DNA of 32,000 bases. Origin: Moraxella nasicaprae. GTDB lineage: Bacteria; Pseudomonadota; Gammaproteobacteria; Pseudomonadales; Moraxellaceae. A model generated the notes under the pieces. The model worked only from the letters and a program-made list of their open reading frames with translations, ran no database searches and was not told the origin of the DNA. Positions within the stretch are counted from its first letter, which is position 1. Every line of letters begins with the position of its first letter. Where the stretch lies: contig NZ_CP089977.1 in NCBI RefSeq assembly GCF_025643275.1, positions 840,001 to 872,000 of the forward strand, read 5' to 3'. Both the position numbers and the translations under genes were made by a program. Positions 26,335-32,000 of the stretch are shown here, in pieces.

Positions 26335-27138
26335 ATGAGCCAAACCATCAAACTGTACGGCAAAATGCTGACATTTAGCCGTCTAAAAATCTACGAAAAT
26401 AACCTAATTGACATCAAAAATCAGCTCCAACAGATGCTGGATAACAATCCCATCAGCAATGAGTTGCCCATCGTCATCGACAGTGAAGTTGAGCTTGAAT
26501 TAGATACGCTCATTGATATGCTGTGGTCGATGAATGTTCAGCCCATTGGCGTGGTCAGCGGTGTACTCAATGACCAAGCCAAAGAGCTTAAATTGGCAAT
26601 TTTTCCTGCTGATGGCAAACGCATCGAACGCTTGCCTAATACCGATAAACCCAGCACGCCTGCTCCACAGTCTGAGCCTGCACCGCCTGCCAACCAGCCA
26701 AATGACAAGACCCCAGAGGTGGTAGATGCCCCTGTGCAAGCTGTGGCAACCAGCACCCAAAGTACCACACTCATCACCGCCCAAGACCACAGCATCAAAC
26801 TTGCCAGTGGCATTCATACCCAGATGCTTCGTTCAGGTCAAAGCCTACAACATCTGGGTGGCGATTTGACCATCATCGGTGGTGTCAATGATGGTGCAGA
26901 AGCCATCACCGATAACAGCCTGCATATCTATGGGCGTGGCTTAGGTCGCTTGGTGGCAGGAGCAACAGGCGATAAAAACGCCAGAATTTTTTGCCAAAAA
27001 TTCAACCCCTCTTTGGTGTCGGTCGCTGGCACTTTTTGCCTAAGAGATGCCATTCCTGCTGAGATGATTGACCAGCCTGTACAGGTCACTTATGATGAAG
27101 AAAATGGGCTGATTTTCACACTACTCAAACAACTGTAA
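26335..27138 (+). CDS. minC: Septum site-determining protein MinC
   Basis: The C-terminal beta-helix motifs SGQSL...GDL.IIG.VN.GAE....SLHIYG and ARIFC are present. A Pro-rich linker (PSTPAPQSEPAPPANQP) separates the two domains. The gene is followed by minD and minE. The start is set at ATG 26335. Confidence 0.85.
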   Translation: MSQTIKLYGKMLTFSRLKIYENNLIDIKNQLQQMLDNNPISNELPIVIDSEVELELDTLIDMLWSMNVQPIGVVSGVLNDQAKELKLAIFPADGKRIERLPNTDKPSTPAPQSEPAPPANQPNDKTPEVVDAPVQAVATSTQSTTLITAQDHSIKLASGIHTQMLRSGQSLQHLGGDLTIIGGVNDGAEAITDNSLHIYGRGLGRLVAGATGDKNARIFCQKFNPSLVSVAGTFCLRDAIPAEMIDQPVQVTYDEENGLIFTLLKQL

Positions 27139-27287
27139 GAATCGTCTATTTATTGAACAATCATCAAGAAAAAATTCTACCGCCATCATCATTTGATTGA
27201 TGGCAATCGCTAAATATGCTATGCTAGAAAGGATTTTTTAGCATCAGTTTTGGCTGATGGATTTTTTGAATTTTAAGGAGTGCCGTT

Positions 27288-28103
27288 GTGGCAAAAATTA
27301 TCGTTGTAACTTCGGGCAAAGGCGGTGTTGGCAAAACCACCACCAGTGCATCTTTTGGTGCAGGTCTTGCCAAGCGTGGCTTTAAAACTGTCATCATCGA
27401 CTTCGATGTGGGCTTGCGTAACCTAGACTTAATCATGGGCTGCGAAAACCGCATCGTGTACGATTTTGTTGATGTGATTAGCGGTAATGCCAAATTGGCA
27501 CAAGCCTTAGTCAAAGACAAGCAGTATGACAATCTGTACATTTTGCCAGCCTCACAAACTCGTGACAAAGACGCTTTGACCGATGACGGCGTTGCCAAAG
27601 TCATGAAAGAACTGTCAGAGGATATGGCGTTTGATTACATCATCTGCGACAGTCCAGCAGGTATTGAGCGTGGTGCTCAGCTTGCCATGTATCACGCTGA
27701 TGAAGCCTTGATTGTAACCAACCCAGAAGTATCATCGGTACGAGATTCAGACCGTATCATTGGTATTTTGCAAAGTCGCACCAAAAAAGTTGAGGAAGGC
27801 AGCAGCGTCAAAGAACACTTGGTCATCACTCGCTACAACCCACAACGAGCCTCAGAAGGCGAGATGATGGATTATCACACCATCGCTGACGAAATCTTAC
27901 GAGTGCCACTCATTGGTATCATTCCAGAAAGTAATGCCGTCCTAGAAGCGTCAAACCAAGGTCAGCCTGTGATTCATTTCACAGACTCAGCAGCAGGTCA
28001 ATGCTATGAGGACATCGTTGCCAGATTCTTGGGCGAAGAAGTGCCTTTGCGTCATCTTGATGTGAAGAAAAAAGGCTTCTTCCAACGACTATTTGGGGGC
28101 TAA
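27288..28103 (+). CDS. minD: Septum site-determining ATPase MinD
   Basis: It has the deviant Walker A motif [10 protein letters not shown] and a C-terminal amphipathic helix ([11 protein letters not shown]). The start is GTG, preceded by an AAGGAG SD sequence. Confidence 0.95.
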   Translation: MAKIIVVTSGKGGVGKTTTSASFGAGLAKRGFKTVIIDFDVGLRNLDLIMGCENRIVYDFVDVISGNAKLAQALVKDKQYDNLYILPASQTRDKDALTDDGVAKVMKELSEDMAFDYIICDSPAGIERGAQLAMYHADEALIVTNPEVSSVRDSDRIIGILQSRTKKVEEGSSVKEHLVITRYNPQRASEGEMMDYHTIADEILRVPLIGIIPESNAVLEASNQGQPVIHFTDSAAGQCYEDIVARFLGEEVPLRHLDVKKKGFFQRLFGG

Positions 28104-28104
28104 G

Positions 28105-28380
28105 ATGAAAAAAGGATTTTGGGGTTCGTTGTTCGGTGGCAACAACAGCTCAAACAGTGCTAATATTGCCAAAGACCGTCTAAAAGTCATCGTTGCAAGC
28201 CACGACCGCCTCAACACTCGCCTAAATGCCGAGCGTATCGAGCAGATGAAGCGAGAAATTTTGGCGGTGGTCAATAAGTATGTCAATGGTGTTAGCATTG
28301 ATGATTTAAACATCAATCATCGCCACGAAGACAGTGTCGATGTCTTAGAAATGAACATCAGCTTGCCTGACCGCAAATAA
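28105..28380 (+). CDS. minE: Cell division topological specificity factor MinE
   Basis: The motif [14 protein letters not shown] is present. ATG 28105 lies 1 nt after the minD stop. Confidence 0.9.
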   Translation: MKKGFWGSLFGGNNSSNSANIAKDRLKVIVASHDRLNTRLNAERIEQMKREILAVVNKYVNGVSIDDLNINHRHEDSVDVLEMNISLPDRK

Positions 28381-28391
28381 GACAATCTGTC

Positions 28392-28429
28392 AAAAAAAGC
28401 CAACGCCTGACAAGGATTTGGCTTTTTTT
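28392..28429 (+). terminator. Terminator after minE
   Basis: aaaaaaagccaa...ttggcttttttt, with an inner cct/agg pairing, followed by a T-run. Confidence 0.55.
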
Positions 28430-28667
28430 ATTATCAAATGGCAGCCAAATGAAGCAGTTGGAATAATCCATCAAAAAGGCGTAAACCATCTCATGCCAAA
28501 CGGTTTACGCCACATTACTTAGGCTTGTTGTTATTATCATTATTAGTGCAATCAATCACGCAATGCTCATCACAAATACGCCATCAATCAACAAACCAAA
28601 ATATCTTAGTCATCACGCCAAGCGATTAACAAATGGCGTGATGACACAACCAAAAGCTGTGCTTTGA

Positions 28668-29732
28668 TTAGAAGCGATAAGCACTAAACAAAATCAAGCC
28701 TAGGCTATCGGTGTCTTGTTTGTGTGCCAGCACAGCTTTACCATCTTTATCAGCATGGGCTGGTACATTGATGGTTTCTTTGTAGTAAGTACTCTCTGCA
28801 CCCAAAATCAATTTATCAGTGATTTTTCGGTCGTACGCCACAGTAACAGAGTTGTACTTGCCGTCTTTGCCATATGGGTTGACTGCGTGGTTCACATGGG
28901 CATAAACGGTGTCTTTATCATTGAACTTATGACTAGCACCAACACCCAAGCCCCAGTTATTTTTTGCAGCTTGCCCATAATGCACATCATTAAACTTGTT
29001 CTTTTGGTAGATGAAGTTGATTTGATTGGCTTTATCAAAATCATAATAGCCCGTCAAGCGTAGTTGGTCTTTGAACTTAACACCATGTAGCGACTTTTGA
29101 CTATCGGCATAAAAATATGCTGCACCCAAAGCGTAGTTGTCTTTTTGGTGCTTGACAAGCAAACCCACGCCATCGGTATCCAAAGATTCGGTCTTGGACT
29201 CTCCACCTTTTTTGTTTTCATCAAGCACATAATGAATCATAAAATCCGTGCCATTGAAAGTTGGCGATTCATAACGAATGGCGTTATTTGAACGGTTGCC
29301 GTCCGCACCCCAAGTCGGATAGTCCCAAGTATAGCGAATGTATGGCTCAGGAGATAATAGGCGACCTGCTTTGAAAGTACCGTATTTTTTGTGCTTGATT
29401 GCAAGCCAACTATCACGAGGCTCAAAAGCTCGTTGGTCGCTATCTAGCGGCGAACGCCACTCAAAGCGATACTGAACAGAAATGTCGTTGTTTAACGCCT
29501 CTTCGCCACGAATACCCATACGAGAGCCATTGTCATACAACTGTTGGCGATATTTGGTCTTTTCGACAGTCTTGGTGCCGTCAGAATAGGTTTTGGTAAC
29601 TTTATCTTCGCTACCACGAGTATCTAGATACAGACCGCCATAAATGGTCGGTGGTGTGATGCTGGCTAGGGCTGGTGCGGCATACAAAACCGACAACACT
29701 GCCGCAGAACTGATTTTTAGAAACTTAGACAT
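28668..29732 (-). CDS. General-diffusion porin (Gram-negative porin family)
   Basis: It has a signal peptide (MSKFLKISSAAVLSVLYAAPALA), alternating beta-strand composition, and the C-terminus ..LFSAYRF. The start is set at ATG 29732, with an AAGGAG SD sequence 6 nt upstream. Confidence 0.8.
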   Translation of the reverse strand: MSKFLKISSAAVLSVLYAAPALASITPPTIYGGLYLDTRGSEDKVTKTYSDGTKTVEKTKYRQQLYDNGSRMGIRGEEALNNDISVQYRFEWRSPLDSDQRAFEPRDSWLAIKHKKYGTFKAGRLLSPEPYIRYTWDYPTWGADGNRSNNAIRYESPTFNGTDFMIHYVLDENKKGGESKTESLDTDGVGLLVKHQKDNYALGAAYFYADSQKSLHGVKFKDQLRLTGYYDFDKANQINFIYQKNKFNDVHYGQAAKNNWGLGVGASHKFNDKDTVYAHVNHAVNPYGKDGKYNSVTVAYDRKITDKLILGAESTYYKETINVPAHADKDGKAVLAHKQDTDSLGLILFSAYRF

Positions 29733-30082
29733 AAACAACTCCTTGTATTCTGCCAAATCACAACCTTACAATCCAAGCAATGTTTGGCAATCATTCCTTG
29801 AATCACTGTCTTGTTTGTTAATATATAGTAACAAAATAGTAAAATCAAGCCTAAATTAAAAAAATTTATGAAAACTATTTGTTTTATAAAATATAAAATA
29901 TTGTCTCTTGACTTTTTCTATGTGTAATAGTATTTTTAATAAGCGAGATTTATTGTATCAATCAAGCATGAATATTAACAATATTGTTACATTCATTCGG
30001 ATTAGCGACATAATTCAAGCCAAGCCATTATTTTAGCAAGGATTATCAAGCTGGTCTGACTGTTAAGGAGAACGCATTTCTT

Positions 30083-31288
30083 ATGAAATATCATCTAAAA
30101 CACGCACCTAAGGCATTGACCTTGTGCCTACTGGCTGCCACTGCAATGCCCGCCAATGCAGTATTCATCGATACGCCAGCCGTCCGTGATGGCAAACGCT
30201 TTGGTATCTTTGTTAGTGTTGAGCCAACTTTGACCACCACCTCCAACAAATTTAGCTACACTTACGGCAACCCAAGCATCTATGGTGCAAATGGCACAAT
30301 AGAGCAAGTGCTTGCCGACCAAGACCGCAAAGACAGTGACGAGCAGTATCGTCTGGATAATGTTGGTTATGGCTTGGTAGAATTTTACACCCAACAAAAA
30401 CTGACCAAAAAGATGAGTTTAGGCGGCTCACTACTGATTCAAGCCAACCCAGACAGCCTGACCAACTTTGGTGCTTACTGGGGTACTCGCCTAGATTTTG
30501 GTAGCTGGGGTGAACTGGGTAGTATCACGCTGGGCGGTCGTAACAATGGCTTGTCTGTCGGTCAAACTGGCATCAATATGCTAAACACCATCAACGATAG
30601 CGGTTTTAACATCAATGGTCGTTATACTGGCATTCCTGATTTGACTTTATCCGCCTATCATATGTTCTCCCAATCTGCTGATGTACGCAACAGAAGAACA
30701 GGAGGCTGGCATGACAGCAATGGTGTTTCTGCCAAATACGAATTCAACCTTGCTCCACGCAAAAATGCCACCATTGCCCTTGGTGCTAGTCGCTCCAAAG
30801 GTCATGATTTACCATTTTATTGGGATGCAGCCGCTCGTGGCAAAGGTTATATGGCTGGCTTTAAAGCCCAATATAACGACCTAACTTTCGCTGCTGACTA
30901 TGGCGAAAAAGAGCAAAGATTTAATGGTCTATATATTGATGACATCAACACCAAAACTTATGGGGCAAAAATCGACTACGAAATCACGCCTCGTTTGACC
31001 ACCAACATCAGCTATGGTCACAAAAAGACAAAAAACAGCAAGCCGATTGATTTTGCATTTTGGCGTGATGAATTGCAAACACCAAGCTCTAATGCAAATA
31101 TTGAAGAAAAACTATTCAATCAAGTCAAACAAGACCGCTATGGTTTGGGTGTGAATTACCAAATCTACAAAGGATTTAGCGTCAATGGTTCTGTTAATAG
31201 CACCAAAACTCGCAACTATGTAGCCGAAGGTGAATTTAGTAAACGGGAACGACTTGATGTGAATGTTGGTGCATCATTTAGCTTCTAA
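30083..31288 (+). CDS. Outer-membrane beta-barrel protein (porin-like)
   Basis: It has a signal peptide (..ATAMPANA/VF), beta-strand segments rich in Tyr and Gly, and the C-terminus ..VGASFSF. A GGAG SD sequence lies upstream. Confidence 0.65.
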   Translation: MKYHLKHAPKALTLCLLAATAMPANAVFIDTPAVRDGKRFGIFVSVEPTLTTTSNKFSYTYGNPSIYGANGTIEQVLADQDRKDSDEQYRLDNVGYGLVEFYTQQKLTKKMSLGGSLLIQANPDSLTNFGAYWGTRLDFGSWGELGSITLGGRNNGLSVGQTGINMLNTINDSGFNINGRYTGIPDLTLSAYHMFSQSADVRNRRTGGWHDSNGVSAKYEFNLAPRKNATIALGASRSKGHDLPFYWDAAARGKGYMAGFKAQYNDLTFAADYGEKEQRFNGLYIDDINTKTYGAKIDYEITPRLTTNISYGHKKTKNSKPIDFAFWRDELQTPSSNANIEEKLFNQVKQDRYGLGVNYQIYKGFSVNGSVNSTKTRNYVAEGEFSKRERLDVNVGASFSF

Positions 31289-31324
31289 TTTTTAACTTTA
31301 TTTTAATTATGAAAGGATTTTATC

Positions 31325-32000
31325 ATGACTAAGCAAGCCACTTTTCGTCTAACTAAGCTAGCTTTGGCAGCTTCTGCACTGGGCATGGCATTCAACGCCA
31401 ACGCCATTTTTAACCTATACAATAAAGATGGTCTAAGCCTAGACATCAATGGTCAAATTGATATTCAAGCCACCAAGAATGACCGCACTCACACCCTATT
31501 GCAAGATGGTGCTGACTTGGTATATACCCAAGCTGGTACTTTGCAATTTGCCAACACCTCAAAAGCTGGTGCAGTCATTGACAGTACTGACAAAGAAACT
31601 CGCCTAAACCAAAATCAAGGCGTATCTTTCATCGATTTTCGTGGTTCACAAAAACTACCAAATGACTGGCGTGTCACTGGTAATGTTGGCACAGGATACA
31701 GCGATGACCGCAATCTATACCTGTCTAATTCTAGCTTGTCTTTGGACAAAAAAGGCATCGGTGCCATTACTTTGGGTCGTCAATACCTACACACCAACTA
31801 TGTAGGTCGCACTGGCACAGACACGCCACTAGACATTTTTAGCACCTCAGCACTTCGCCTAGACTACTACGGCATCAAAGGCTTACACGCCAGTGCTTAT
31901 TATAGTCTGGCAGGCAGCAACGATGTTCGTAAAGAAAATAACACCGAGCTAGAATCTGGCTATGGTGCGTCATTAAGCTATCGCTTCCCATTCTCTGATA
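31325..32000 (+). CDS. Porin (5' partial, runs off the window end)
   Basis: ATG 31325 is preceded by an AAGGA SD sequence, and the frame is open to nt 32000 by manual translation. The signal peptide is MTKQATFRLTKLALAASALGMAFNANA. The following IFNLYNKDGLSLDINGQID segment is a typical porin first strand. This ORF is not in the supplied track because it has no stop codon. Confidence 0.75.
   Translation, partial: MTKQATFRLTKLALAASALGMAFNANAIFNLYNKDGLSLDINGQIDIQATKNDRTHTLLQDGADLVYTQAGTLQFANTSKAGAVIDSTDKETRLNQNQGVSFIDFRGSQKLPNDWRVTGNVGTGYSDDRNLYLSNSSLSLDKKGIGAITLGRQYLHTNYVGRTGTDTPLDIFSTSALRLDYYGIKGLHASAYYSLAGSNDVRKENNTELESGYGASLSYRFPFSD

Noticed and set aside
26500-26817. Antisense and alternate-frame ORFs within minC
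   Set aside because: They coincide with the Pro/Ala-rich linker-coding segment of minC, where composition keeps other frames open.
28478-28644. Two long inverted repeats (ggcgtaaacc/ggtttacgcc near 28478-28512, and gtcatcacgcc/ggcgtgatgac at 28609-28644) downstream of the first porin gene as a possible sRNA or mobile-element end
   Set aside because: They are most simply explained as minus-strand terminator hairpins for the porin gene. The first is followed by a T-run on that strand. No other copy of either repeat occurs in the window.
1-32000. Search for CRISPR arrays, IS elements or transposases, integrases, prophage blocks, tRNA or rRNA genes
   Set aside because: I saw no repeat-spacer periodicity, no transposase- or integrase-like ORF, no terminal inverted repeats, and no tRNA-like cloverleaf in the longer intergenic regions. 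The accessory islets appear to be integrase-free.

Overview
This 32 kb window looks like ordinary chromosome from a moderately AT-rich gammaproteobacterium. Gene content and order resemble Moraxellaceae, but that is an inference I cannot verify here. I found no rRNA, tRNA, CRISPR array, IS element or integrase. Most genes are recognisable housekeeping genes. On the minus strand at the left end are a CopD-like membrane protein, a DUF3025-like protein, a TonB-dependent receptor, a di-haem cytochrome c peroxidase, a class II glutamine amidotransferase, a GNAT and an APH-type homoserine kinase. These are followed by hisF, ribH, nusB, thiL, pgpA, murI, ETF-ubiquinone oxidoreductase, an oxidative-stress cluster (ahpF, ahpC, oxyR), an OmpA-family lipoprotein, a PlsC-family acyltransferase, minCDE and three outer-membrane porin-like genes. 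The strongest candidate for a new system is an AT-rich two-gene insert at 12005-13011, exactly at the thiL|pgpA junction. Its first gene is a 192-aa RelA/SpoT-domain protein (small alarmone synthetase or toxSAS-like) with all the synthetase motifs I could check. Its start overlaps the thiL stop codon (TGATG). Its second gene is a 136-aa stand-alone S24 (LexA/CI-like) domain with no HTH domain. In that domain the Ser/Lys catalytic dyad is replaced by Thr/Arg at exactly the LexA spacing. A second small AT-rich islet at 15586-16165 encodes a basic, four-cysteine secreted mini-protein and a tightly linked acidic cytoplasmic protein. It sits between decayed ORF remnants and a strong bidirectional terminator. 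Other points of interest are Fur-box-like sites upstream of the peroxidase and receptor genes, a WG-repeat gene between nusB and thiL, ahpC and ahpF separated by an opposite-strand DUF465 gene, a membrane protein with a voltage-sensor-like domain but no pore, and the porin cluster. All functional calls come from motif recognition by eye; no database search was run.
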